This document shows, piece after piece, positions 38,501 through 53,500 of a stretch of DNA of 64,000 nucleotides (position 1 is its first letter; each line of letters begins with the position of its first letter). This DNA comes from Phoronis australis. Lineage: Eukaryota > Animalia > Phoronida. The notes beneath the pieces were generated by a model, which was not told the origin of the DNA, did not search any database, and worked only from the letters and a program-made list of their open reading frames with translations. The stretch covers positions 310,001-374,000 of the forward strand of contig NMRA01000166.1 of NCBI GenBank assembly GCA_002633005.1. The letters are read 5' to 3'. The position numbers were made by a program, and so were the translations under genes.

Positions 38501-41500
38501 ATTTTCTCTGAAAGATTTTGTTAAAGAGTACTTGGTGGTACCTTGAAATGTGATCGTATTGAGAGTTATGCTTTTGAAACATTGTAGGACCAAGAGAACA
38601 CCATTCGTCATGGATTTGTGGAATGCCTGGAAGCAGATGAAGACACTGAACCAGGAGAGGAGGAAGGTAAGTCAATATGATCAAATAAGACAGTTGCAGT
38701 AACATATCACTCTGACCATGGTTTGAGCTACATTTGTCTTGACACTTCACTATGCTGTGGTACTTGCAAACCTGTGTTACCCCTTTGCACGTTTTTACTC
38801 ACCTTTGCAGTAACTATTTTGTAAAATTTCTTATAAGCATGCGAAATTGCATTAAACAGTTTATGAATGTTTTGCTGTATGGAAGACGCCCATATGTCCA
38901 GAGACTTGGTGACAACTGCCGATTGTGTGGAACAAAACCACCAGTAAATTGAGTGTGAGAATTATTTTTGGTTTTCTTTGGCTGGAATTAGCGGTCTGTT
39001 TCTTGAAAAGGGACTTAAGACTTAAGACAGAAATTTTGTCTTGCGCTCCATAACTATTCCTGAAAAATATTAATTAAATCTCGCTTGAGCAAAAGTGCAG
39101 TCTCTGAAAATACAGACATAACTTCTAGTTACTAGGTATAATTTTCGTAAATTATTTCTAGGCTGTGATCTGCTCTTAATTACTTTGCTAAATCTTCATT
39201 CAACAATTGTCAAGTAGGAGCGTAAGACTAGGTTTCTGTTTGAAGTCTTGAGTCACTTTCATGAAACAGATCTCAGGTATCGTATTCGACCTTCTCTAGG
39301 CGAAGTCATTTTAATTCTAGGTACCAGAAGCCTGACCAAGATGTTCATCATGAAATTACTCTTATCTGCCTTGGATCAACCATCGCCCAACATTGCCCAT
39401 TTCCTGCTTGGCTATGAACTACAGAAACCAGTTGCCAAGACCAACCTTCAGGATCCTGGTATGTGTGTCTTGGGGTCGTGGTCACTTTGAACTTGAGTAT
39501 AGTGACTGTTGTTTTGATGCCATCTACTAAATTAAATGCATTGTTTTCTAGAAGCAGAAAGCTGTACTTGTATCAATTTAGTTCATTTTCTGTGTAATAG
39601 GTAGGCTGTGTTTGGCATTTCTGAGTAGTCATGATTTGGAATACAGCATTAAATTTGCTTGATGTGTTCAGTCAGTAGTATGTGTTGAGAATACATTGTA
39701 ACTCATGCACAAATTTACAGGTATCCTGGGGGCGCCAAGAACTTGTCTGCATTCTGTCATCACAACTCTGGATAAAGCTGTCATGGATGAATACATATTA
39801 GCTAGCTCCGCCCACTACATTGAGCTGGGATATCACTTGATTCATGCACTCTCTGCCCATAAGGAAACATCAACGCCCACTCTGAGATACCTGAGGACCG
39901 CCCACGACTTTTTGTTCAGACACCTGCATTATGTTCCATTCCCAGATATAGAGTCAGGTTTGTCATAAAACTGTGTTATTTGAGTTTTATTGCAAAGTCA
40001 ACTTAGAAAGAAAAATTGTCTTGTTTTTGATCATCTAAACTTTTTCTTTCATGCACTGTCATTATTCATTGTAGTATGCTGCATTTTATAAACTTATGAG
40101 AGGTATATGATAGATAACTAACTTCTATATTGATATCAACTGGACATAAGGCTTATCCAATTTGTGACTTGTAATTGTTTTCAATTTTTATTCATCAAGA
40201 TGACGAGTCTATTGGGCTGTGTCAACAATCATGGCTACTCAAAACTGTGGCCCTAGATCTACGGTTAACTTCCGTCAACAGACAGCGTTCACACACACAG
40301 CGAATGGTTGATGCTCTCTTTCAAGATGTTCAGTCCAAGAAAGCAGGTGAAACAAGATTTTATGTTTGAAAGGGTTGAATTGATGGCCCAGAGAAAGTTT
40401 TTTGACCTTCAGGCTTTTGTAATATTAGTTGCGCACTGCATATTGTACACTTAGTCTGAAGTTAATGTGGTCGTAGAAGTTGCCCTAAGTCACCATTGTT
40501 GTGAAGTTGTCAAGTTGTATTCAATTTTTCAGCTGTGAGATCCAGTTTATTATTGGACTCCTCAATTAATTTGATTTCATATATTAATCTTACATTAAAG
40601 GCAATTTGATAGGTGTATCTGTTTATGCTGAAATTCCAGGACCTATTTAGTTTTGATTCTGTTCAGTGAAGTTAATTGAAACAACGTGCTTAATAATAGC
40701 TTCTAAATACAAAATTTTCCTCTTATTTTACATTAATGCTTGCCAAACTGATTGTCTACCAACTGAATTTCGGAAACCTATTTGTCTTTACATCATTTTC
40801 TCATTTCAGTTCCCAGTCTGGAAGTGACTTTAGATGTAGATGCCAACAGTTCTCGCCTGCAGGTGACAGAGTTTGAGAGCCAAATACACAAGACATTAAC
40901 AGGTGAGACTGAGGTTCAGTAAGGTTCATCAAACATTCATTCATCTTCAGTGCGTGTAACATTACTGATATATACGGATATATATTGCTGATACCCCGTA
41001 AATATTATGTAAGTCAAGTCCCACCGGATCGAGGGATTGTATCCGAGTAAGGCAAAATCCATTTTCTCTGAAAGGCTGAGTGTTCGAGCAATAACATTAT
41101 TCAGTATCTTGGAACTCTCACAGTTAAGCGAAGATCCGACTTATTGATGTTAGACTTTTTCAATTTTTACTGTATTTGATTTAGTATATCATTCAGTATG
41201 TTTACTAGTATTTGATATTACATGGTGTTTCTGAAGTCTTAAAACCAAATGCCAGTGATATCATTTTGTTACACAACTTTCAGACTTGCCAACTCGTCGT
41301 AAGGTTCTTAGTGTGTTGGACTCGGTAGACTTCAGTCAAGTCTACCCCCGGCACCCGGTGCTGCAGTACTTTGATAGTGCCATGATTGAGAACCTCATCA
41401 GCACACTGAGGCAGAAGGATGAGAATGGTGTCCTACTGTGTGACATTCAGCAACTGTATCACGCACTCATCAGGAATGTGAACACAGCGACAGCGGCCTC

Positions 41501-44500
41501 TGCTGGCCAGAGACAGGAATTAATGCAGGTAAGATGCAGTTGACTTTGTGTATAGGGTCGTTGATAGTAATCTGCTTTAATGTAAACTAAGAACAATGCA
41601 CAAATTTCAGTATTTTATTGCCTTGGTCATGTTGTCATTTATTCATAACAGTGATGTGTGTATATTTACTTTAACTTATCAACACATAAAGTTAACCTAG
41701 AAGAATTTGTGTATCAATAGATTTGTTTTAATTTCACCTTGAATATTCTAGAGACTAAATCCTTGTATTTGGTTTGTTCATTAAGTTTTTGCTAGCTATT
41801 TTACTTGATGTATGTCACTTTGAATGTGGCTAAGTGAGGAGAAGGTGAGGTGATTAGAGTTAGGTGAATGATTTGGGTTTTTCTTTCAGGATTGATTTTG
41901 CTTTCATGCTGCAGAAATATAACAGAATTGCATCAAAATTATTTTGAATGGTGAAAAGTGCCATTATAGTCTTTTTGTTGTTGACGTTTGCAGTTGTGTA
42001 ATTTCTGGCTAATTAGCTAGAGGCAAAAGAAGCGAAGAAATTCACAGAACTGTAATTGTGAAGTTATTTTATTTTAAACGTAACGGAAATTGAACAATTA
42101 GTCCAGTGTGGTAAAATTTTTGTAGGACCTGTGGTAATGGAAGAATAGAAACTCAACTATGAAAGAACGTAATTGACGAGCAAACTCGTGCAACTTTGAT
42201 TTGTAATTCTTTGATTTTCAGGAGGTGGAGCTAATACTCAAGGATACCGTGTCCCAGAACAGACTACTCAAGTGTACGTCTGCTAAGCGCCAACTATTTG
42301 AGGCGTGGCGCCATGTGGTGGAGGTCGTGCTCACCGCCTGCCCACCTGATGTGCTTGCCGGGGAGGCTCGACAGACAGCGCTATTTGAATTACTACAAGA
42401 ACTGTTTGTGAAGGTTGGTGTTTAGAAATGCGATACTCAACTTGTACAGTTTGGAATTTAGTAGTTCATGACATTTGATCAAAGACATGCACTTTTGATT
42501 GAAAGATATAACATATATGTAGGGCAGTATCCTGACAAAAGCTGAAGAGAGGTGATCTCTGTGTCTGTGGTGATAATTGGAGATGGCCAGCATTGAAGTG
42601 GATGACATAGTCTATGGCTTGACACACTTTGCAATGGTTTGAAAAGTTTTTGGAAAAATATGTTGTCATAATGCAACAAGTTTCCTTTTGGTTTCTGCCC
42701 CGCTGAAGACGGAAAATTCGTTATCCAATGATTCTACATTATCCAATGATTCTACATTATCCAATGATTCTATATTATTCAGTTATTCTGTGTATATCCA
42801 GTGATTGTACATTATCCTGTGATTCTATGTTATCCAATTATTGTTTGTTATCCAATAAACTCAATTGGTCATGTTGTTAGGAGAAAAAGAAACAGTCAAG
42901 ATAATACTATCTGAGCTTCAGGGGACTAGCTTAAGTTTTGTATTGAGAGTGAAGTTGAAACATTAATTCAACCTTTATATTGGTTGTTTTTGATTTCATG
43001 GCCAAAATAATTTTCTTCGGTGGAAAATTTCATTTTCTCTTTTGAATTTGGCAGGTTTCCAAAAAGGACGTACTACCGGAGTTGGCTGGTGCTGTGTCAG
43101 GAACCGTGTTAACCCTTGTTGCCGTCTTGCGACAATGTTTCGCTCTTGGCGATGTGTCAGAGGCTAACACTTCAGAGGTCACTAGTAGCACCAGTGCTCT
43201 ATCATTTGGCAACACCAGCAGTTCTCGCACACTATTTGCTGCCTCCCTAAAGGTGGTCTTGTCTGGACTGATTGAGCAGATACTAAGTGCAAGTAAGTGA
43301 GGGGGGAGGGGAGGGGACTTCGGGGTGGCGACTTGAGGGGCACACATTTTGAGTTACTTTCTGATTCATCTGATAAACATGCTTACAATTGAATAGGTTA
43401 TAGTGGCTTAATGGTTTTTCTGTTACACTTTGCGGATGCACTGAATACGACTAAAAGTTAGTTTTAAGAAAAGTGAATGACACATGAAATACCTTGCCCA
43501 AGACCAATTATTTTTTGCTTAGCTAGTCTTCTTCCACTTGTCTTAAGATTTTTGTTTTCTGTTTTGTTGTCTTTACCTAAAATGATCACATACTTTCCTC
43601 GGCGTTGGTTTTGCTATTATAATAATGACTATGATTACTACTTTCTATCAGAGTATTTGTAATGTGCATCATTAAATTTGTATTGTTGGTGATTTTTATA
43701 TTTTACTTGTTATTGCAGGTGGGGGCCAGCAACGCGTGCGGGCCAATCATTATGGAGCCTTACTGTACTTTTTACAAATTTCAAGACCACCGCAAATGTC
43801 CTCAGATGGTATTCACTTTCATTATCTCTCACTTTATGATACCTTGATTTGTTTTATGTTTTTTTCTAAGTGATTAGACAAGATTCTTGTTTGAGGGAAT
43901 GGATACGAGTCCATGGGTTTAAATTTTGGTGAGGAATCTGCTCTTCAAGGCTGGAGTTTGGTCATCACCAAGATGGAATTTTTTCACCTCTGTGTTTGAA
44001 ATTTTAATATCAATGATCTGATGGGGCACTGTGCTGCAGGTGTTTCAGGTCAACTGAAAGACACTTTGTTGGGGATAGTGTAGACTTATAGACCAGAATT
44101 GTGATTTAACACGTTTTATCAAAAACTCTTGCTTAAGTCGGCTGGAAACAAGGTGGATATTTGCTAACTTGGAAAAAGTGTGCGATGCGCATGTTCCGGT
44201 TTGTGTCCTCAGCCCTTCAGATGTAGTCAATATTCCATTTATATTTAATAAAACATTGGTCTTGTTGCATCCAATTTTTAACCCTTATCCTGCGCTAGGC
44301 CAGGTCAGCCAACTTGCCAATTATCCTATTACAGCACGTTTGGTGTATTCAGTCGTCTATGATAAGCTGCAGCTGGGAGCAGTAGGAGAGTGTACTCACC
44401 CCAAGACTCTTGTGATTTTCATTCAGAAATTGTGCGAGCCCTGGATGTTGTTTATATGTGAGCATGCGCATTCCATAGTTCACAGTTTTATCTTCATTTC

Positions 44501-47500
44501 CCTGATTTAAACCATATGGCTGTGATTACTAGTTTGGGAGATATTAGCAGGTTTATGGAAGTGTAGACACATAGTTTCCTTATATGGCTGGAGTCATACG
44601 TGAGATGGTGATTGTGGACCAGTTTATTTTCAGTAAGGCTATGATGAAGATGTACAAATCTTCATTAAATTCTGAACAACTTTTATGTTGGCTCCTGTTA
44701 TGTGAAATTACCATTTCCCTTTCAAATTTCCAATTTAAAGGTGTTAGGTCATTAGTCTGAGTGACCATCATAAGAGCCCAGTGTACAGTAGTATTGGTGA
44801 CCTACTTAGCCCAGCACACAGGGAAGGTAGTATGAATAGATACTAAGCAGGATTAGAGTTAAAAAAGGTTGTCTTGTTAGCTGTCCAAACTTTCAAAAAC
44901 ATTTCCTTTTCAGCTGTGGATGCAGTGGACAAAAGTGTGAGGACGCCATTTGATAAACTTGAACGACAAAACATTGACACCATTTTGTCATATGGTGAGA
45001 ACCTGATGGAAGTACTCTGCCGCGATTCATGCGAAGGACATGATGTTGGACGGGTAGGTTGACCTTCGACCTTTAGTTAATAACAATGTCTTCAGTGCCT
45101 CTGCACTCTTAACTACTTTGGAGATTTCAGTGTTTTAAGAATAATATGTGTATCGCTTTATTTTTTGGTGTGAGGCAATCATTAGTTGTGTTCGACACTA
45201 CTGCTATTTTTATGGAAGTGTTTGTTAAAATTAGATTTTAAGTGGAAAAGTGTCAACCTGTAAAATTGCTTGTTCACTAATTGAGAGTAACACCCTTGCA
45301 GTATGACAAGTACTACATTTGAAGATAATTGAATTGTTCACTAATTGAGAGTAACACCCTTACAGTATGACAAGTACTACATTTGAAGATAATTGAATTG
45401 TTCTGTCTCAATGTCATTGCTACCCTGGTACTCACAAAATGTTAATGGCTGCTCTTTACAGCTTTATATTTTGCAAATGGCCACATTATCTTGCTTCTGA
45501 TGCTATTCAAACCATGGATAAACAACATGTCTGGTTGTTCTGTACCGTATTTCATTTCTTCACGTTTTGCATATAATGGCATTGTCCTATTTTGAAAACA
45601 TTTTAACTAGTGAACGATAAATTAACAAAATATCTTGTTGCTTAGAGATAGTTACCCTTTTCTTGAAATTTGCTCGTAATGTCACAATCCTACCTTGATA
45701 CCATTACAATCACAAACCAGCAGTTTGTCTAATATTTCCTTTCAGTTTCACATTTGTTCACATGTTGCAGATTGTCACACTATCGTAAAAACCTTATTGC
45801 AGGCAGTCTGGTACACGTTGTACCAGACATGCGAAAGCCATGCATGTGAGTCCATTGCATTGATTACCTGGAACCATTTTTATGCTTTATTGATATGTAG
45901 TTAAAACCAAACTGACTAAGGGACTAGCAATGTGCCGTTGTGGGACTCTAACCCACAATGTTGAGTAAAGGAAATGGACACTTATCCCACTAGGCCACTC
46001 TGCCTCCGTTGTCGCACTATCTTGCTCAGATGCCATTGTAACCATAGAGCATTAAAAACGACAAATCTAGTTGTTTCTCAGTGTCAAATTTTTTCACATT
46101 TTGCAGATGGTCGCACTCTCCTGCCTCGACGCCATTATAACCATAGATCAACAGCATATCTGGTTGTCATACCTAATCTCCAAAGGTTACCTACAGCACA
46201 TTGTTGACACACTGACACACGACTCCAAACAACTGGAGTCACTGCTCAGCTCTCACTATGAACCGCTCAAAGTCCTCTACATATTTCAAGCTAAAATGGT
46301 ATGATTTGCTTCATAATCAAAATGTATTCTTAAGAATTGTATTCTTCTGAAGTTTCAGGGTTATGTTAAGCTACATTCGTAACCTAGGGTGATGAAGTGT
46401 CTAAAAATTATTAGAACTATCCTTTACTTTTAGCAATGACTAGATAGTGATTTTAGAAATTATTGCATTTTGCATCTCAGCATTCTTGATTTTGGTCTGC
46501 CACGTGGTGTGTCACGTGTCATGATTGGCTGTTGCAGAGCTTGCTCAGCAGGATAGCCAGTTCCAGTCGAGGCTCATTTGCTCTCCTCCACTGCAATGTC
46601 ATGGAACGACTGAGTAATTGTATGGTGCTGGACTTGAGGCCCAGCCTTGGCAGGTAAGTCCATGTAATTTTGAGGTCCAGCCTTGGCAGGTAAGTCCATG
46701 TAATGTTGAGGTAAGGACAAACACACGCTTATTCTGGCAGCTCATGCAGACCAAACTTTCTGCTCACCAATAATTGCAAATTTTATCTTTCTGCTAAGTT
46801 TGCATGTGGAGATGTGATTAGTCAATGTCTGTTATGTTAAGTGGCTATGTTTTCTTCAATGGTTCAGCAGAATTTGACAGAGCCTACATATTTCTTATAC
46901 TAACTGACATATTGCACTAGTTTCCAAAAACTTGACCAAATATTGTTGAAATATCTTAAACTGAGATCATGAAAAAGTTAATTGACATTGTCTTAAAAAT
47001 GGTAGGATAGTAGCGTTAAGAAGTTCCTGTCAATTCCGCTAGGCATCTCTAAAAGTCATTGGTTGCATATGTCCAAGCATTGTTGCCTCGTGAAGCTTAT
47101 GACATGTGTTGTAAATCAGATGAGAGCGAACTTAATTGGAAACGTAGGCAAATGTTAACTGTTCTTGTTCCAGCTTTGAGGCGCACAGCCCCGGCACCTA
47201 TGGTCTGGACATGATGGCCAGATACAGAGAGATATTGTTCCCTGTTCTACGATTCTGTCTCGCATCCATGACCTCACTTAGCAATGACAATCGACTTGCC
47301 GTAAATGAGGTAAGCTTTGTAATGGTGCCTCTAACGTGCCAGTGTCTCGGTGAGTTGTAATGGTCAGTTGGATCATTGGGGCTAATGCATTCTGTTGACT
47401 GTGTCTAAAATTTACTGACTAACTATGCTTTTGACTGATTTCTTATCATTGTGCTCTCTCATTATGCGCCCACATATCTATATGTGGTCACATATTGCTG

Positions 47501-50500
47501 TCAGCTCTGTGTGGGCATCCGGCGTCAGGAGCCGTATCTCCTAAACCCCTCACAGGATCTTGATGAGATTTGGCCGACGTGTTCCTATGAAGCTCACGAC
47601 GGACGATGACGAATATTAGACCTCACCGACTACCGGTGTGCCCCCAAGTGGCAATTTTAGTTATGCTTACCTCTGTATGTTTGGAGGTCCTCAACGGATT
47701 TTCATAAAATTTGGCGGTTCGGCATCTATTAGTGATATGATGTCATCCTCCCGTTTTTGTATGGATTCGAAGTAGTTTGCGCCACCTAGTGGCCATTTTT
47801 ACTGTTTTCGAGTCTGTTTTTTGGCATCTGCTGTTCTATCAACCAAACCGCTCTAGAGATGATTTTGAAAATTGGTATATATGCTCTTATTGTGAAGAGG
47901 GTGGCTGACAATGATTTTCTGACGACTTCGACTACTGTGGCACCTCCTAGTGGCAGTTTTCTTTGTTTTTGCATCCATGGCTGTATCTCCTAAACCCTCA
48001 CAGGATCTTGATGAGATTTGGCAGATGTGTTCCCATGAAGCTGACGGATGACAACAAATTTCAGACCTCTCCGACAACTGGTGTTCCCCCTAGTGACAAT
48101 TTTAATTTTTTGCATTTGCCTCTGTAGGTTTGGAGGTCCTCAGCAAATTTTCATAAAATTTGGCAGTTAGGCATCTATTAGTGAGATGCCATCCTCCCAT
48201 TTTTGGACGGATTCGAGGTACTTTGCACCACTTAGTGGCCATTTTTACTGTTTTCGAGTCTGTTTTTGTGGTCTGCCTTTATATCAACCATACTGCTCTA
48301 GGGATGATCTTGAAAATTGACATATGATGTTCTTCTTGTGAAGAGGGCAGCTGGCGATGATTTTCCGAGGACTTGGACTACTATGGCGCCTCCTAGTGGC
48401 AGTTTTGTTTGTTTTTGCGCCCATGGCTGTATCTCCTAAATGTTCTTCAGGATCTTTATTGAATTTTGCTGGTGTATTTATGTGGAGTTGACAACAGAGG
48501 ATGATGACTTTCGGACAGTTCAGGCTACCGGTGTGCCCCCTAGTGGCAATTTAATTTTTTACGTTTACCTCTGTATCTTAAAAGGTCGTCAATGGATTTT
48601 CATAAAATTTGGCAGTTAGGCATCTATTAGTGAGGTGACGCTATCATTCGGTTTTCGGTAACATTCGAAGCATTTTGTGCCATCTTGTGGCCATTTTTAC
48701 TGTTTGAGTCTTGTTATTTGGCATCTGCCCCTCTGTCAACCAAACCACTTTAAGGATGGTTGTGGAAATTGGCATGTATGTTTCTAATGTGAAGCGGAAG
48801 TCTGACGATGATTTTCCGACGACTTTATCTACTTTGGTACCTTGTAGTGGCAGTTATGTTTTTTGTTTTTATATCCTCTTTGTAGCAATTTATTTTTTTT
48901 GTTTTCCTCTGTTTTCTCAGAATTTCCTTGACGGATTTTTATGAAATTTCGTAAATAGCTTTGATGACACATACAAGTCTTCAGATGGATTCGACATATT
49001 TTGCACCATCTAGTTTCCATTTTTATGTTCCAAATAAACAGCCCTAGAAGCACATCGTTTGCGGTGCATTCGTGGGCACATTTCAATGCTCCACGTTGCT
49101 CTTGTTTAGCAAATGGTTTGAACGTTGCATTGTTTGAAGGAAGCGTTGGTCCTACTGAAGTGAATACGGTGGAGCAAACACTGTGGTTAGCTTCAGAAGT
49201 TTGTTACTCAACACTGACTCTGTCTTGTTTATCTGAGCATTCTTTATTATTATCGGAATTCCTACAAGCATTAAATACAGAATATAAAGGGGTTTTATTA
49301 AAACATGACCAGTGTTTAATATTAGCTCCAACAGGATATATGTAGAGTTTATGCTTTCACTCTCACACAAATGTATATTTAATGTAAACAAATTTTTAGA
49401 CTAATGTGTTTTTATGCATTGTAGTCTGTGCATTAATGTTTTGTTGCCAACTGTCCAGGTGATGAAGTTTGTCCTCTCCCACACTGACTTGTTCTGTGCT
49501 ATCCTTGGTAACAGTCAAATGATTGACAGCCCAGGGTCCATGGAGGAAATGATGTTGGCAACTGGTGTCATCTGCCGAGCTATTGTTATCAGTAAGTCAT
49601 ATCATTTTAATCAGTGAATCATTACTTTAGCCTTTCACCTCACTCAGTCTCCTGTGCTAGATAAATTCGGTTTACAGTCGTTATAAGGTGCTGCTTTTGT
49701 TCAGTTTAAATATACAGTGGTATGGAATTTAAAGTTACCTCATGAAGTCCTGGTTTTACCTTATTTTATTCTCTTCCTCTTGAAAACTTGTAAAGGTTGA
49801 ATGTTGACATACTCATTTAGTGAGGATTAGTCATGTTTTTGTGGTTTGACTTGTTTGAAGAACAAGTTATTGGCACTGACGGCATGAAAAGGCAGCTCGG
49901 TGCTCACAAGGTGGTGCTGATGACAAAATGTCCCTCTTTTTGACATGTGAAAAGATTTGAGGTCAGAAAACAGTTCAACAGTGTGGGGTGCTTGTGGTCT
50001 AGCAATCCTACGTGACTGTCTGAATGTATGTATTTTAAAGTGCCACCTACTGGTGAATTTTGAGTCAGCCACTGTGAAGGTTAGTAATACTTCACATGAC
50101 TATGTCTACTGTTGATACGAGTAGAGGTCATCTAGCAACCAAGATTTTTTGTTTGGGGTTCGATAAGGCTTCGACAAGTAGGCTAAAGTCTGTTCTGATT
50201 TCCCCAATATAGAGCTAACTAAGGTGAAAATGTTTTTGTTAGTAAAAGCAATATAACTCTTCATTCTATTTCTGTGTTCTGTGTCTGGTGATCCAATCTC
50301 TGGACTTGTTACTGAAAGTGCAACTTACTTTAATTTTAATTATAATTTGTGTTCTGCTTTGGTATGAAGCTAAGATAAGGCCAGGAAAAAATTCTTGTTG
50401 ATTATCCTTGCCGACGTCTGAAAATGCTGAAAGTTGAAAATTGAGTTTGAACTCAAAATCTAAAGTTTGATCTCAAGTTTTAAGGTTGAATTTAAGAGTT

Positions 50501-53500
50501 ATCAAGTGCAAACATGGTTGTATTCGGACTTATATTAAAACGATGTTTGTTTCCCTCCTCTGGTTTATTGGCAATCCAACAAATGAATTGACCTTATATT
50601 CAGTTGTATCATGAAAATTTTTGGAACAAAAACTGATTATGCCCTGCCAATGAAAATTGAAAATATATTTTTTCTGTTTACCAGTCCAATTATTTAGATG
50701 GAGTGACAAATAGGAACTAATATTTTAAGCATGGTTCTACTTTGAATTTTGATGTAATTAAGTACAAAATCAATGACTTGCAAATTTCAAAAATAAGTTG
50801 AATACCAATTCAGAGACGTGATTTTGAGTCCTTCAGAGTTTCCTTGTCTCCTTACTCTCATTCCATGAGACATCATTAATGACCTGCCTTACTTAGGTTT
50901 TGTAAACAGTCTTGCCTGCAGCCAATCACTTCATTGTTTATGACTATATTTTGTATTAAAAAGTCAAACATGTGTCAAACAATAGACTAACCTATGATTT
51001 TTTAGAGAACGCCGATAATGACCTGACCTCAGCTCTTGGGGAAAACTATCCAGGTCAATTAGCAAGAATTGAGCGTCAACTTATGGCACTGCTGCCCAGG
51101 TGTCTCTCTCTACACTCTGTCAAACCTAAGGTCACTGGGTCTCCGAGCCGTGACCTTTCTGATTCTGATGTCAAAGGTCGCCAATTGACTGTGTTGGAAA
51201 TTGTGTCCACAATTATTACGTACTGTACCACCACGTTGTCAAAATCTGGTAAGTTTGACTAGATTATATACAGACCTCATCCTCCAAGAAGAAACCTGAA
51301 TTGTTAGTAGGAGGGACAAACAAAAAACAGAAAATGCATGCAAGAAATGTGAATGACAGTGTTGTGTTGGGCAGGATGATTTTTGTTTGGCATTAAATAG
51401 ATGCTCCAATCAGTATTCTGTCCTGTGTATTATGTTCAAGTTCTTTTTGTCACATTACAAAGGTTTCAAGTATTATAGTTTTAATATTCTCTTGTTCCAT
51501 ACAAGTTCATTTATAGAGAATAAATTCAGGTTCTGAAAAGCTATGATTAAACCATAATTCCAGACAGTTGATATGGTGTTTGTTCCAATGCACATTTCAA
51601 AAACTGACATTTATTGCAAGATGAGATGGTATCATGATAAATCACATTAAGGCATTTGTAACCTCGTCCTTCTTGTCTGCCTTCCCATTTTTGGGCTCAT
51701 CCCTCCCATCTTTTGGGCTCGTCGTTCCTATTTAAAGAATCGTCCTTTCCATTTAAAGAATCATCCTTTCCATTTAAGGAATCATCCTTCTCGTTTAAAG
51801 AATCGTCCTTCCCATTTCGTTTCTACCCTTCCCATTGTTTGGCTCCATTCATCCTACCCACAGTAACTGTTGTAAGTGCTCCTTTCCGGATGACTATGCC
51901 TACATGGTGTTAAAAAAAGATAACTTTGGTGTCTTGAATTTGTTCTCTTTGATAACTGGCTGTGTTAATTCTTTATTTGCTAAAAGAGTTTCCATGAGCT
52001 TTTAAACAACACTGCACGTATAAGTCTAGACGTTATCTGAAACGAATTTCAGAATCCAGTATTATGCAAATTCTGTAACTGTAATAATAATTACAAATTT
52101 ATTTTCAGGCATGTGCACAAGTCATGTTCTATTTGCCCCAAATCTCACTGATGGAACTCTTCAAAGTTTGAAGTCATATACAGGTCAGTTTACCATTGCT
52201 GCTACAAGCGCTCTTTGAGTGCAAAATGCACTCCTGCTGATGGCCAGTGACAGCATTTTTGTGAGTGAAGCAGTGTTAAATTGTAATATCCCAAGATTAC
52301 ATATGTTTAGTGCATATTATACCTAGACAGTACATATTCAGAGATTTAACTTGGACAGTCTCTTGGCATCCCCAACAGGTTCAATTAAATAATTCCCACT
52401 TTATATTTCAAGTCACTTAGGCTGATCCTGACCAAGGCCGTTTCAAAACTGTCTTCATGTTTGTGTCGGTGACAAGGAGCCAGTACTGAATAACTGTTAT
52501 ATAAACTGTGTTGATATTGCAGAAACTCCCCGTCATTTGCCCACTGGAGGTCAGCCTAATCTGGCGATCATCACCTATGCCATACAGTGGTGCACTAGTC
52601 ACTTCATGGCCGTCTTTGAGAGCCACAAGCAGACGCTACGCAAACTGAACACGTTGACGCAGCTGACGTCAGAGGAGCTGAAAGAGGTCAGGAGTTGTTA
52701 TCCGTTTAATCTTGCTTTTGGGAGCATGCATTGGTTTTTACCATGTAGGTCCTTGCTATTGTATGTGGGGCTGTATCTACGTATAAAGGTTCTTGCACCT
52801 ATGTGTAAAACTTAATGAGTAAAACTGTTGATCATGTTTAATGTCATGATCAGTGAAGGTTGTTTTTTTTCTTACACTGTGATGTTTGAAAAAATACTTA
52901 CAATGAATGAGAAATACTAAAAACATCAATTTTCAGGCTTGTACGAGAGCCGCACTCAGCACGTGAAGGTGAAGTTTAGGTACATTTTCTTTTTGATACT
53001 GGTGAATGAGTCTCAGTGTATCACTTTTGGAGGTCATGCCTTCAGGAATACTGGATAAGAAGCACTTAAAGCTATAGGTGCAGAGGTCATTTTACAGAAA
53101 ATTGATCTCAGTGTGATCAAGAGATCATAAAGTATCAGGATATATTTGTTGAAATTCGTAATTTTGGATATTAACAAAAATTTTCTTGCCACGCATGAAT
53201 GCTGCTGTTAATGCAGTGTTAAAATGCTAATACTGGACGTGAATATTACATTTAAATCAAATTATGTTGGAAACTGGTCAGTAAGAAAAATATAGGCCTC
53301 AAATTTTCCCAGGTTTGTTTTATTGATGACAGCAGTGTGGTCGTCATTCTCTATCTGTTTCAAACCTTGATCTGTGTCTTCCAGTTGTCTGGAGCGGAAA
53401 CGACAGACAAACTGTCGACACACCAGCGACAACAACGGGTGAAAAAGCAGCTATTGGCAAAGATTGCGAGATTGGATCAAGAAATCAAGTTGTCACTTTG

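Noticed and set aside
47786-49086. Similar short ORFs recurring in the array elements (for example PLVAIL, RRLLVA)
   Set aside because: Translations of the non-coding repeated DNA motif; frames are not conserved between copies.
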